Assembly (NCBI GenBank): GCA_964644035.1
Contig: CAZXUH010000001.1
Span: 3,712-67,711 of the forward strand
Direction of reading: 5' to 3'
Origin: an uncultured Candidatus Saccharibacteria bacterium
GTDB lineage: Bacteria > Patescibacteriota > Minisyncoccia > Phycocordibacterales > DAORIS01
DNA: 64,000 nucleotides
The notes under the pieces are model-generated. The model did no database searches. It worked only from the letters and a program-made list of their open reading frames with translations, and had not been told where the DNA came from. Shown piece by piece: positions 1 through 9,629 of this stretch (positions are counted from its first letter, which is position 1; every line of letters starts with the position of its first letter). The translations under genes and the position numbers were made by a program.

Positions 1-1133
1 GCAATGAACGCCGAGTATCGGTCAACTATGCTCCACTTCCAAAGGAAGTACAGAAAGGTGGTTTTATACTCTTGCACGATGGAAAGAAGAAACTCGAAAT
101 TTTGGATATACGCGGCAATGATATTATTTGCAAAGTGATCGTCGGGGGTGAAATAAAGAATAAGCGAGGTGTCAATTTGCCTGGCGCACATTTGTCGATC
201 AGCTCTCTGACAGACAAGGATAAGAAGGATCTCGAATTTGGTATTAAGAACAAAGTAGACTTTGTTGCTTTCTCATTTGTACGAAGAGCAGAAGATATCA
301 ATGAACTCCGAAAACTACTCGACAAGGCAAAGATGCAAGAAACAAAAATCATTGCCAAGGTAGAAGATGTCGAAGGTCTTGAAAATATTGATGAAATCAT
401 CAAGCTTGTCGATGGTGTTATGGTTGCTCGTGGTGATATGGCAATAGAGATCGGTGCTGAAAACGTGCCTATGGTCCAGAAAATGATCATTAAGAAGTGC
501 AATGAACTCGGTAAAATTGTCATCACTGCTACTCACATGCTCGAATCGATGATCAAGAGCCCCGTTCCTACTCGAGCCGAAGTGTCCGATATTGCCAACG
601 CTATTATCGATGGTACCGATGCAATCATGCTTTCGGAAGAAACCACCCTTGGAGATTTTCCTCTTGAATCAGTAGATGTCATGACCAAAGTTGCACTTCG
701 GATTGAAAACGATGCTATGTATAAGGATCAGATTGTTGAAACTCAAAAGCGCAAACATGCAGCAATCGGTAGTGGCATTTCAGACGCAGTTTCAAATGAA
801 GTTGTCGATGTCGCCAATGCCGTCAAAGCAAAGGTTATCGTTTCTCTTACTGAATCTGGTCTCACAGCTCGCATGGTATCGAGGTACAAGCCTCTTCAGA
901 AGCATATTGCTATGACTTCGAACCCTGTTACTCTACGCCAGCTTATCTTTACCTTTGGCTGCACTCCGGTTCTCATTCCAAAATACAAGACTGACAAGGA
1001 AGCAATAGAAGGTGCTAAAGCATACTGTCTCAAAAACAAAATTGCGGAGAAGGGGGACAAAATAGTCCTCGCTCTCGGTACTCGTAACAACAAAAAGATT
1101 CACACCAATATGATTGTGGTGGAGACTATATAA
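1..1133 (+). CDS. pyk: Pyruvate kinase, 5'-partial (N-terminus lies upstream of the window)
   Basis: The ORF 72..1133 translation carries pyruvate kinase motifs (GVNLPGA, FVAFSFVRRAEDI, MVARGDMAIEIG, TATHMLESM). The same frame stays open back to base 3 and reads the expected upstream PK sequence (VNYAPLPKEV..GGFILLHDG). Confidence 0.9.
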   Translation, partial: NERRVSVNYAPLPKEVQKGGFILLHDGKKKLEILDIRGNDIICKVIVGGEIKNKRGVNLPGAHLSISSLTDKDKKDLEFGIKNKVDFVAFSFVRRAEDINELRKLLDKAKMQETKIIAKVEDVEGLENIDEIIKLVDGVMVARGDMAIEIGAENVPMVQKMIIKKCNELGKIVITATHMLESMIKSPVPTRAEVSDIANAIIDGTDAIMLSEETTLGDFPLESVDVMTKVALRIENDAMYKDQIVETQKRKHAAIGSGISDAVSNEVVDVANAVKAKVIVSLTESGLTARMVSRYKPLQKHIAMTSNPVTLRQLIFTFGCTPVLIPKYKTDKEAIEGAKAYCLKNKIAEKGDKIVLALGTRNNKKIHTNMIVVETI

Positions 1134-1248
1134 AGCGGTATTGGTATATAATTACAATACATAGACATATCTCATAGACAATGTTCTATTGAGATATTTT
1201 TATTATTTTTTTAATTTTTCTTCATACCTAAAGGTATATAATATTCAC

Positions 1249-2007
1249 ATGCACACATTAGCCCAAACACTAAAATATACATTAGTCGATACAGATCTTC
1301 TTCTTGATATCGATACGCAGCGCCAGCAAAAATATGTCATCAAAGTCAGAGATCTCGAAACCGATGAAAAGCCTCGAGAGAAGCTTCTCAAGGTTGGGCC
1401 AGGAGCACTATCGGTGGCCGAACTCATGGCTGTGGTTTTGGCCAATGGTACTAAAAAGGAAGATGTATTGCAGATGTCCAACAGAGTAGTACGTGAATAT
1501 GGTAATCAAATATTGTCTAAGCCTCACAATCCTGAAGATCTAGCCAAAGATCTCGATATCCCTCTCAACAAAGCGATACAGATCGTAGCGGTCAGCGAGC
1601 TCGGCAAAAGATTTTATCAGAAAGAGAGCGGAGGATTGGCGGTGATTCGCACTGCTCAAGATGCTCATACCTATCTACGTGATATGCACAATCTACCCAA
1701 AGAACACGTCAGAGGAATATATCTCAATACTCATCACCAAGTCATTCACGATGAAGTGATATCGATCGGTACCGTCAATTCAAATCTTGTTCACCCAAGA
1801 GAAGTATTCAAGCCAGCTATTCAATACGGCGCTGCGGCAGTGATCGTTGCTCACAATCATCCCTCGGGCATTATGAAGGCTTCGGACTCTGACGTTGCCG
1901 TGACCAAACAGCTAGTGCAGGCGGGGAAAGTGCTCGGCATACACCTCATTGATCATATTATCGTCAGTGGAGACAAATTCATCAGTATCGATATAAATTA
2001 CAACTAA
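1249..2007 (+). CDS. radC: RadC-like JAB/MPN domain protein (UPF0758)
   Basis: The C-terminal motif block AHNHPSG...SDSD...HLIDHIIV is the JAB metalloprotease signature of the RadC family. The start was moved to the internal Met (MHTLAQT) because the first 20 codons of the ORF are AT-rich low-complexity sequence. Confidence 0.8.
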   Translation: MHTLAQTLKYTLVDTDLLLDIDTQRQQKYVIKVRDLETDEKPREKLLKVGPGALSVAELMAVVLANGTKKEDVLQMSNRVVREYGNQILSKPHNPEDLAKDLDIPLNKAIQIVAVSELGKRFYQKESGGLAVIRTAQDAHTYLRDMHNLPKEHVRGIYLNTHHQVIHDEVISIGTVNSNLVHPREVFKPAIQYGAAAVIVAHNHPSGIMKASDSDVAVTKQLVQAGKVLGIHLIDHIIVSGDKFISIDINYN

Positions 2008-2008
2008 T

Positions 2009-2251
2009 ATGGATCAAGTACAGACAAAATATATTATTAGTGATTTAGTGCATATGCTTCATGATGCTCCAGCTAGTCATGAGGAAGGGAAGACAGAAAT
2101 ACTTGAAGCCTATTTCAATGACATTTATAAATTGCTACTAGGCAAATTGGCAAAATTTGAAGCGGCGACAACGGTCAATGATAATGACAAAAACAAACTC
2201 CGCTCGCTGCTCGACGAACTTATCAATGTAAAGCTCCTCTTAGTAGACTAG
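2009..2251 (+). CDS. Hypothetical small protein (80 aa)
   Basis: Its ATG abuts the radC stop, and it is an acidic helical protein with no recognisable motif. Confidence 0.4.
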   Translation: MDQVQTKYIISDLVHMLHDAPASHEEGKTEILEAYFNDIYKLLLGKLAKFEAATTVNDNDKNKLRSLLDELINVKLLLVD

Positions 2252-2292
2252 ACATTTTAGTATTTATTTGATATAATATATAGTGAAAGGAG
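2249..2292 (+). promoter_or_regulatory. Sigma70-like promoter (TAGACA-17-TGaTATAAT) plus Shine-Dalgarno AAAGGAG for the 2299 gene
   Basis: An extended -10 TGATATAAT lies at about 2269-2277. A -35-like TAGACA lies 17 nt upstream. AAAGGAG sits 6 nt before the ATG at 2299. Confidence 0.45.
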
Positions 2293-2298
2293 TTCATT

Positions 2299-2499
2299 AT
2301 GGTAGATGTAGTTCAGTCTGATGAGAAAGCGTTGGAGGAATTTGCAAGAATCTTTCGGCAATACCACCAGGATTTGCGTGCCGGTCTCAGTCCTTCAAGA
2401 ACGGAAATCGATAAATATCTCAAACGAGGTATTGTCGGGATCGACGAGGTCGCGGCGGCCGTCGAAAAGGATTTTCACACTCCCGCGGCGGATTACTAG
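2299..2499 (+). CDS. Hypothetical small protein (66 aa)
   Basis: It has its own near-consensus promoter, a strong RBS and a strong intrinsic terminator immediately downstream. No family was recognised. Confidence 0.5.
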   Translation: MVDVVQSDEKALEEFARIFRQYHQDLRAGLSPSRTEIDKYLKRGIVGIDEVAAAVEKDFHTPAADY

Positions 2500-2517
2500 G
2501 CCGATGGCAACTAAGCC

Positions 2518-2556
2518 AAACCCTCGACAACACAAGATGTTGCCGAGGGTTTTTTT
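2518..2556 (+). terminator. Rho-independent terminator
   Basis: The 10/11-bp GC-rich stem CCCTCGACAAC/GTTGCCGAGGG with a 7-nt loop is followed by TTTTTTTATTT. Confidence 0.7.
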
Positions 2557-2594
2557 ATTTACAATTAGGCCCTGTTTTGATAACGTGTACAGCT

Positions 2595-3290
2595 ATGCAA
2601 GCAGTAATCCTCGCCGGTGGAAAAGGCACCAGAATGGCTCATCTGGTAGCTGATAAGCCAAAACCAATGATTGAAATCCTCGGTCGCAATCTTATCGAGC
2701 ACAAGATCGATCGACTCCCCGATGAAATCAAAGAAGTGATCATTATTGTCAATCACATGAAAGAAAAAATCATGGATTATTTTGGTGATTCGTACAAGGG
2801 CAAGAAAATCACTTATGTCGACCAAGGTGAACCACATGGCACTGGTCATGCAGTCTGGCAGGCCAAAGATGCTATTACGGGTGACTTTATCACTATGATG
2901 GGAGATGATATTTATCCTACTGAAACTATCAAGAATGTTCTCAATCATGATTGGTCTATGACAGTTATTCCATATAAGAGCTTTAAGACGGCAGGAGACG
3001 TGAAGCTCGATGAAAATGGCAATCTCAAAGATGTGGTGTTCGATGATGCTGGCACCTATCAGGGCGATATTCTTATCGACACCTGTCTCTATAAGCTCAA
3101 GAAAGATATTTTTGATACAGATTTGGTGCAGGTTTCAGGAGGTAAAGAATTTGGCCTTCCTCACACAGTCTTTAAATACGTCAAAGAAAACAAGGTTCCA
3201 ATGAAAGTCGTGAAGACCGACAAATGGGTCAAGATGAATACCCCAGAAGAAGTAGAAGCTGCGGAAAACGATCTTAGAGATATGATGTAA
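2595..3290 (+). CDS. Sugar-phosphate nucleotidyltransferase (NTP-transferase fold)
   Basis: The N-terminal AVILAGGKGTRM...KPMIEI motif is the nucleotide-binding signature of the RmlA/ManC/GlmU-type sugar-1-phosphate nucleotidyltransferases. At about 230 aa it is the short form. Confidence 0.7.
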   Translation: MQAVILAGGKGTRMAHLVADKPKPMIEILGRNLIEHKIDRLPDEIKEVIIIVNHMKEKIMDYFGDSYKGKKITYVDQGEPHGTGHAVWQAKDAITGDFITMMGDDIYPTETIKNVLNHDWSMTVIPYKSFKTAGDVKLDENGNLKDVVFDDAGTYQGDILIDTCLYKLKKDIFDTDLVQVSGGKEFGLPHTVFKYVKENKVPMKVVKTDKWVKMNTPEEVEAAENDLRDMM

Positions 3291-3318
3291 GCGAGTAATT
3301 GATAGTATACTTCTATCA

Positions 3319-4653
3319 ATGAAAGACTTTGGTAATCATTTTAAAAATAAGAAAATAACCGTCATGGGGCTCGGGCTGTTGGGACGGGGTATTGGCGATG
3401 TACGATTTTTGGCCAAGCAAGGTGCACAATTGATCGTTACCGATCTGAAGACAAAAGAGCAGCTTGCCGATTCTTTGAAGCTACTCACGCAATTTAAAAA
3501 TATTACCTATAGATTGGGTGAACATAGGCTCGAGGATTTTAGAGATAGGGACATGATCATAAAAGCTGCTGGGGTACCACTTGATTCGCCTTTTATCGCT
3601 GAAGCAAAAAAGCACAATATACCAGTCAAAATGAGTACCTCTCTTTTTGCCGAACTCACTCCTGCAACTCTAGTTGGTATTACAGGTACGAGAGGCAAGT
3701 CTACAACCACGCATTTGATACATGAGATTTTGAAAAAAGCATATAAAGGTAAGAAGCAAAAAGTATATTTAGGAGGCAATGTGAAAGGTGTTTCTACACT
3801 CGAGCTTCTGCCTAAAATAAAAAAAGAAGATATTGTGGTGCTCGAACTCGATTCATGGCAATTACAGGGTTTTGGAGAATCAAAGATCAGTCCGCATATT
3901 GCCGTGTTCACAACTCTCATGCGTGATCACATGAATTATTATAAAGATAATATGCAGAAATATTTCAACGATAAGGCCAATATTTTTGCATTTCAGAAAA
4001 AGAATGATGTATTAGTTGTTGGTAAGCAGGTTTCAGCAAAAATCAAAAAGACTGTCTCCAGGAAAATAATTACCGATGAGAATGATATCCCAAAGTCTTG
4101 GAAAGCTTCTATTCCAGGTACACACAATCGCTACAATATTGCTTTGGCTATAGAAGCTGCTCGGGTGCTCAATATATCTGAAAAAGTCATTAAAAAAAGC
4201 GTCGAATCATACAAAGGTGTGGCCGGAAGATTGGAATTGATAAAAGTATTGAAAAATAGAACCAAGGTCTATAATGACACAACAGCCACGACCCCTGATG
4301 CTCTGACAGTAGCTCTCAAAGCGCTTGGTACAAAGAAAAACATCACCCTCATTATGGGTGGAGCAGGCAAGGGACTTTCTATGAACTCTATACTTGCTCC
4401 GATCAAAAAATACATAAAGAATCTTATTTATTTACCAGGTACTGGAACTGACACAATCATTACTAATAAAAAATTCTCAACACTAAAACCAGTATTAGCA
4501 AAAGACATGCCTGACGCTGTTGAAAAAGCAGCTGCTCTTATTCATGGCAATGATGTCCTACTTTTGAGTCCAGGTTTTGCTTCATTCGGTCTTTTTAAGA
4601 ATGAATTTGACAGGGGAGAGCAATTCAATCGATTGGTGAAAAAACTCAAATAA
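3319..4653 (+). CDS. murD: UDP-N-acetylmuramoylalanine--D-glutamate ligase
   Basis: It has the Rossmann N-terminus VMGLGLLGRGIG. It has the Mur ligase P-loop GITGTRGKSTTT. Its overall length is 444 aa. Confidence 0.9.
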   Translation: MKDFGNHFKNKKITVMGLGLLGRGIGDVRFLAKQGAQLIVTDLKTKEQLADSLKLLTQFKNITYRLGEHRLEDFRDRDMIIKAAGVPLDSPFIAEAKKHNIPVKMSTSLFAELTPATLVGITGTRGKSTTTHLIHEILKKAYKGKKQKVYLGGNVKGVSTLELLPKIKKEDIVVLELDSWQLQGFGESKISPHIAVFTTLMRDHMNYYKDNMQKYFNDKANIFAFQKKNDVLVVGKQVSAKIKKTVSRKIITDENDIPKSWKASIPGTHNRYNIALAIEAARVLNISEKVIKKSVESYKGVAGRLELIKVLKNRTKVYNDTTATTPDALTVALKALGTKKNITLIMGGAGKGLSMNSILAPIKKYIKNLIYLPGTGTDTIITNKKFSTLKPVLAKDMPDAVEKAAALIHGNDVLLLSPGFASFGLFKNEFDRGEQFNRLVKKLK

Positions 4654-4726
4654 ATTCTTTATTTTTTCTTGAGCGAAATTTCATACCTCATTTGTTAGGA
4701 TGTTGGCATAAAAATAATAAATATAT

Positions 4727-4984
4727 ATGCCAAAAGAACCAACACTTAATACGCTTGATAAGAAGATTGATCATCTTACTGAGATTTGTTCCACAAATTT
4801 TACTCGAATGAACCATCGTTTTGATAAAGTCGAAGAAAGACTCGATGATTTGGAAGAAGATGTTGGTGTTTTGAAAATTGGTGTTAAAGCACTGGAGAAT
4901 AAAGTCGAAGTGTTACAGGAAGATGTTTTAGAGATTAAAAATATCGTATCTCCTCAGAAGCGAAGAGTTGCGGTTGATATATAG
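4727..4984 (+). CDS. Hypothetical small coiled-coil protein (85 aa)
   Basis: It shows heptad-like periodicity. Its motif NHRFDKVEERLDDLEEDV is shared with the ORF at 59601. Confidence 0.45.
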   Translation: MPKEPTLNTLDKKIDHLTEICSTNFTRMNHRFDKVEERLDDLEEDVGVLKIGVKALENKVEVLQEDVLEIKNIVSPQKRRVAVDI

Positions 4985-5007
4985 TAGTTAGCATGTAGAA
5001 TCTGAAT

Positions 5008-6312
5008 ATGCAGGATATTGATCTCAAGAATATAAGAACTGTCTATTTCATCGGCATTGGTGGTATAGGTATATCTGCCATAGCAAGATTGATGCTTGAA
5101 GAAGGGAAGAAGGTGTATGGTTCTGATCGTGATAGTTCGAAGGTAACAGAGGAGCTAGAGAAAGTAGGCGCCAAAATATATATAGGTCAGAAGAAAGAAA
5201 ATATAGATCAGATTAAAGAAAAAATTAATCTTTTTGTCTATACAGTCGCAATCCCCGAAGATAGCCCAGAACTTATTGCTGCCAAAGCTTCGGGATCACC
5301 ACTACGAACATATCCGCAAATGCTCGGTCTTGTATCAAAAGATAAATACACGATAGCTATCTCTGGTACGCACGGTAAGACAACAACGACAGCCATGGTG
5401 GCAAAAATTCTTATCGATGCAGGTCTCGATCCGACAGTTATTGTTGGCAGTCTTCTGGATAAAAATACCAATTTTATTTCTGGTAAAAGTAAGTATTTAG
5501 TTGTAGAAGCGGATGAATATAAAAAGTCGTTTCATAATTTGTATCCATCTATTTTGCTTATAAACAATCTCGATGAAGACCACCTCGATTTTTATAAGGA
5601 TTTAGCAGATATTCAAGATTCATTTGCTGAAGTAGCAAAGAAACTACCTACTGACGGATTTCTCATTACCAATACTGACGATGATCATGTTGCTCCTGTT
5701 TTAAGACACACAAAAGCAAAAGTAATTGCTTATCAAAATGAAAAACTATTAGTATCTCTTAAAATGCCAGGTGAGCACAATCGGAGCAATGCTCGAGCCG
5801 CACTAACAGTAGCACTGTCTCTTGGTATTGATCGAAATGTCGCTCAGAAATCATTGTCAGAATTTGGCGGAGTATGGAGACGTTTTGAATACAAGGGTAC
5901 GACATTTAGCGGAGTAATAGTCTATGATGACTATGCTCACAATCCTCAGAAAGTAAGAGCTCTTTTGTCTGGGGCACGAGAATATTTTGGTAAAGACAGA
6001 AGAATTATTGTCGTATTTCAGCCTCACTTGTTTAGTCGAACGAAGCAGCTATTTCAGCAATTTGTCGAAGCTTTTGTAGATGCTGATATTATTATCTTAG
6101 CTCCAATTTTCCCAGCACGAGAAGCATTTGATCCTACTATTTCTTCAGAAATGCTTGCTGCGGAGATTAGTAAAAACCATTCAAACATCCATTCCTTTAA
6201 GACGCTCGATGAGATAGAAGCTTATTTGTCTACCATACTTAAAAAAGACGATGTATTGATAACGGTCGGGGCTGGCGAAGCATATAAAATAGGTGAAAAT
6301 CTTCTAAAGTGA
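5008..6312 (+). CDS. murC: UDP-N-acetylmuramate--L-alanine ligase
   Basis: It has the N-terminal VYFIGIGGIGISAIA. It has the P-loop ISGTHGKTTTTAM. Its C-terminal domain is typical of MurC. Confidence 0.9.
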   Translation: MQDIDLKNIRTVYFIGIGGIGISAIARLMLEEGKKVYGSDRDSSKVTEELEKVGAKIYIGQKKENIDQIKEKINLFVYTVAIPEDSPELIAAKASGSPLRTYPQMLGLVSKDKYTIAISGTHGKTTTTAMVAKILIDAGLDPTVIVGSLLDKNTNFISGKSKYLVVEADEYKKSFHNLYPSILLINNLDEDHLDFYKDLADIQDSFAEVAKKLPTDGFLITNTDDDHVAPVLRHTKAKVIAYQNEKLLVSLKMPGEHNRSNARAALTVALSLGIDRNVAQKSLSEFGGVWRRFEYKGTTFSGVIVYDDYAHNPQKVRALLSGAREYFGKDRRIIVVFQPHLFSRTKQLFQQFVEAFVDADIIILAPIFPAREAFDPTISSEMLAAEISKNHSNIHSFKTLDEIEAYLSTILKKDDVLITVGAGEAYKIGENLLK

Positions 6313-6356
6313 CACGTAATGTTGTTTTATAAGGCGGAGTATGAGAAAATCCGATT

Positions 6357-6599
6357 ATGAAACAGAAAAATCTACTTATATTGCTGGCATTCCTTGTGCT
6401 TATCATTCCGCTCATCGGTATACCTGAGTCATGGAAAGTCCTCTTTCTTGCCATCATTGCTGCGGTCATAGCATATGTTGCATATGCTGAGGAAATAAAA
6501 GCGTTTTTTGCGCCGAAGATTCATCATGACAATATGGCCTCCGAAGCTTTTTCCAGACAAATGCCTATAGAAAATAATTATCCGTCAGAAAACGCATGA
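6357..6599 (+). CDS. Small membrane protein (80 aa)
   Basis: It has two predicted TM helices. Its stop overlaps the downstream start (ATGA). Confidence 0.4.
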   Translation: MKQKNLLILLAFLVLIIPLIGIPESWKVLFLAIIAAVIAYVAYAEEIKAFFAPKIHHDNMASEAFSRQMPIENNYPSENA

Positions 6600-7831
6600 T
6601 ACGGTGGAAGTTTTTTACAGGGTTACTTGCTCTGTGTATAGGTTCCTTTCTAATCTCCTTTTTTGTACTGCCGACTTTCTTTAAAACTTCCTATCATCCA
6701 GTCGTCAAAAGTGTAGGTGAAGCGGTTGGTAAAACGATTGAAAAAATACCCAAATTTGTCGATAGTGGCAATCATATGAAGCCACCGGTGCCTACAAAAG
6801 GTATTTATATGTCTGCCTGTGCAGCTGCAACTCCCAGCATGCGTTCTGGTCTTCAGAAACTGATCGAAGATACTGAGCTCAATGCGGTGGTGATCGATAT
6901 CAAGGATTTTTCAGGAAAAATTTCGTTTAAAACTCAGAGTCCAGAACTCGAAGGATATCTCTCAACAACGTGTTCAGTCTCTGATATGGCTGAATTTATC
7001 AAGGGCTTGCATGAAAAAGAGATATACGTCATCGGTCGTGTCACTGTTTTTCAGGATCCATATTTTACCAAACTTCATCCAAGTGAGGGCGTAGCACGCA
7101 AGGATGATGGGGAATTGTGGAGGGACAAAAATGGCATTAGCTATATCGATCCAGCATCACAGCAAGCCTGGGACCATATTATCCTGATTGCCAAGGAATC
7201 GTATGCGATCGGTTTTGATGAAATAAATTTCGACTATGTGCGTTATCCTTCGGACGGGGTGATTTCAAATGCTGCATTTCCAAAAAGTAATGGTCGCCCA
7301 AAGGCACAGGTCCTAGAGTCTTTCTTCAAATATTTACATGAACAGTTGGCCAACACGGGGCTCAAAACATCGGCAGACCTCTTTGGTATGACGACTACGA
7401 CAGAAAACGATATGGGTATAGGTCAAATTCTTGAAGCAGCATTGCCCTACTTTGATTATATTGATCCTATGGTTTATCCATCGCATTATCCGGCTGATTT
7501 CAACGGTTGGAAAAATCCAAATGCCGTACCATACGATCTGATTAAGTATGTAATGGGTGCTGCTGTACAAAGAGCTGAATCCTCGACGACAAAAGTCAAA
7601 ACGCTTTCGAATACTGCCATTGCCTCGACCACGCCGCAGCTCTACACTCATGTTCCTGAGAAGCGCGCCAAACTTCGTCCTTGGCTTCAGGATTTCAGCC
7701 TAGGCAATCCTCCGTACAAAGCAGAGCAGGTCAAAGATCAGATTAGAGGCACGTATGACGCTGGTCTTACCGATTGGATCATGTGGAATGCATCCAATAG
7801 ATACACAGTAGACGCGTATCTTCCAGCCTAA
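6596..7831 (+). CDS. Membrane-anchored putative glycoside-hydrolase-like TIM-barrel protein (DUF4015-like)
   Basis: An N-terminal TM is followed by the block GIYMSACAAATPSMRSGLQKLIEDTELNAVVIDIKDFSG, which resembles the conserved start of DUF4015 putative glycosyl-hydrolase domains. Confidence 0.45.
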   Translation: MIRWKFFTGLLALCIGSFLISFFVLPTFFKTSYHPVVKSVGEAVGKTIEKIPKFVDSGNHMKPPVPTKGIYMSACAAATPSMRSGLQKLIEDTELNAVVIDIKDFSGKISFKTQSPELEGYLSTTCSVSDMAEFIKGLHEKEIYVIGRVTVFQDPYFTKLHPSEGVARKDDGELWRDKNGISYIDPASQQAWDHIILIAKESYAIGFDEINFDYVRYPSDGVISNAAFPKSNGRPKAQVLESFFKYLHEQLANTGLKTSADLFGMTTTTENDMGIGQILEAALPYFDYIDPMVYPSHYPADFNGWKNPNAVPYDLIKYVMGAAVQRAESSTTKVKTLSNTAIASTTPQLYTHVPEKRAKLRPWLQDFSLGNPPYKAEQVKDQIRGTYDAGLTDWIMWNASNRYTVDAYLPA

Positions 7832-7856
7832 AATAAGGTACAATATACGGGAACGT

Positions 7857-9629
7857 ATGGCACAGGATAGAATCAACTATTTCGCCGAGACCGACGCACG
7901 CAATAAACGCGTCAAATTTGGCATAAAAGCATCCGATAGGACTCGGCATGTCTATATCATCGGTAAAACAGGCATGGGCAAATCGACACTACTCGAGAAC
8001 ATGGCTGTGCAGGATATTCAAAATGGCGATGGTATGGCTTTTATCGATCCGCACGGAAAGACTGCGGAATTGCTCCTCGATTATGTACCCAAAGATCGCA
8101 TCAATGATGTTGTTTATTTTGCACCGTTTGATCTTGATCATCCTATTTCTTTCAATGTCATGGAAGATGTCGGCTATGAACGCAGGCACTTGGTAGCCAA
8201 TGGTCTCATGAGTGCCTTCAAAAAAATATGGGTCGACGCTTGGTCGGCTCGAATGGAATACATTCTCAATAACATTCTTCTGTCGCTTCTCGAATATCCC
8301 GACTCTACTCTTATTGGAGTCAATAGAATGCTCGTCGACAAAGAATATCGCAAGAGCGTGGTTGAAAAAACTACCGATCCTTCGGTCAAATCTTTCTGGA
8401 ATGACGAGTTTGCAAAATATGGCGATCGATACATGCAGGAGGCGGGCGCCGCCATTCAGAACAAGATCGGTCAGTTTATTTCAAATCCAATGATTAGAAA
8501 TATCATTGGTCAGACCAAATCGACGTTCGATATCAGAAACTTGATGGATCAGAAGAAAATCCTAATCATCAACCTTTCAAAAGGCAGGGTAGGCGAAGGT
8601 AATGCCAATCTCCTCGGTAGCATGCTCATTACCAAAATTTATTTATCAGCCATGTCGCGTGCCGATTCTGCACCCTCTGTACTTGCCACATTGCCCAATT
8701 TTTATTTATACGTCGATGAATTCCAGTCTTTTGCCAATGAATCATTTGCGGATATTCTTTCTGAAGCCCGAAAATACAAGCTTAATCTGACCATTGCTCA
8801 CCAGTATATCGAGCAAATGAGTGAAGAGGTCAGAGCGGCAGTCTTTGGCAACGTCGGTAGCATGATCGCTTTTCGTGTCGGAGCCTTTGATGCTGAAATT
8901 CTCGAAAAAGAATTTGCTCCACAGTTTACTGCGCAAGACCTAGTCAATCTAGGTTTTGTGCAGATATACCTCAAACTTATGATCGATGGTGTATCTTCAC
9001 AGCCTTTTTCTGCCTCAACACTTCCACCGATCGAACGTCCGCTTATTTCGCATAAACAAGAAATTATAAAGTCCTCTCGTGATCAGTTTGCACGCACCAG
9101 AGTAATGGTAGAGCTCGATATTCGAGAATGGCATAAGCCAATAAATGCTCCAGTGGCAAAATCAGCAGCCCCTGCTCAACAACAAATACCACGACCACCT
9201 CAACCAGATCAAAAAAGAAAGGATCCAGCTCCCCATGAACAATTTTCAAAAAGACATCATGACCATCTTGAAGGACATAAGAATAAAGAAATGCGTGAGG
9301 CAGATCTTCGTCATGTAATTTCACAAAATTATCCTAAAAATAATGTCCCTCCACCAGAAGGCTCTCCCGATGAAGAATCATTGGTCAAAAGACCCGAAGC
9401 CAAGGCAGCCAATAGCAAATTACCCAAAGATGAAAATGTAAACGCTTTGAAAAAAGCGCTTGAAGCAGTAATGGCCCAGCAAAAAACCGCTCCTCCGGCT
9501 TCCGTATCTTCAACACCAAAACCTCAACAACAAACAACCTCTGCACACTCTATACCAAAAGAAACATTCAATCCTCATACAGGTGAAGTGCCAGAAGAAG
9601 TCCTCAGAAAAATCCTTAAGCGAGATTGA
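7857..9629 (+). CDS. Type IV secretion coupling-protein-like (TraD/VirD4/TrwB family) ATPase, soluble, with a C-terminal Pro/Gln/Lys-rich disordered tail
   Basis: It has Walker A IIGKTGMGKST and Walker B-like LYVDEFQSF. Its ILIINLSKG and AHQYIEQM blocks resemble T4CP DNA-binding/TraM-recognition domains. No N-terminal TM is present. The last 190 aa or so are low complexity. Confidence 0.6.
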   Translation: MAQDRINYFAETDARNKRVKFGIKASDRTRHVYIIGKTGMGKSTLLENMAVQDIQNGDGMAFIDPHGKTAELLLDYVPKDRINDVVYFAPFDLDHPISFNVMEDVGYERRHLVANGLMSAFKKIWVDAWSARMEYILNNILLSLLEYPDSTLIGVNRMLVDKEYRKSVVEKTTDPSVKSFWNDEFAKYGDRYMQEAGAAIQNKIGQFISNPMIRNIIGQTKSTFDIRNLMDQKKILIINLSKGRVGEGNANLLGSMLITKIYLSAMSRADSAPSVLATLPNFYLYVDEFQSFANESFADILSEARKYKLNLTIAHQYIEQMSEEVRAAVFGNVGSMIAFRVGAFDAEILEKEFAPQFTAQDLVNLGFVQIYLKLMIDGVSSQPFSASTLPPIERPLISHKQEIIKSSRDQFARTRVMVELDIREWHKPINAPVAKSAAPAQQQIPRPPQPDQKRKDPAPHEQFSKRHHDHLEGHKNKEMREADLRHVISQNYPKNNVPPPEGSPDEESLVKRPEAKAANSKLPKDENVNALKKALEAVMAQQKTAPPASVSSTPKPQQQTTSAHSIPKETFNPHTGEVPEEVLRKILKRD

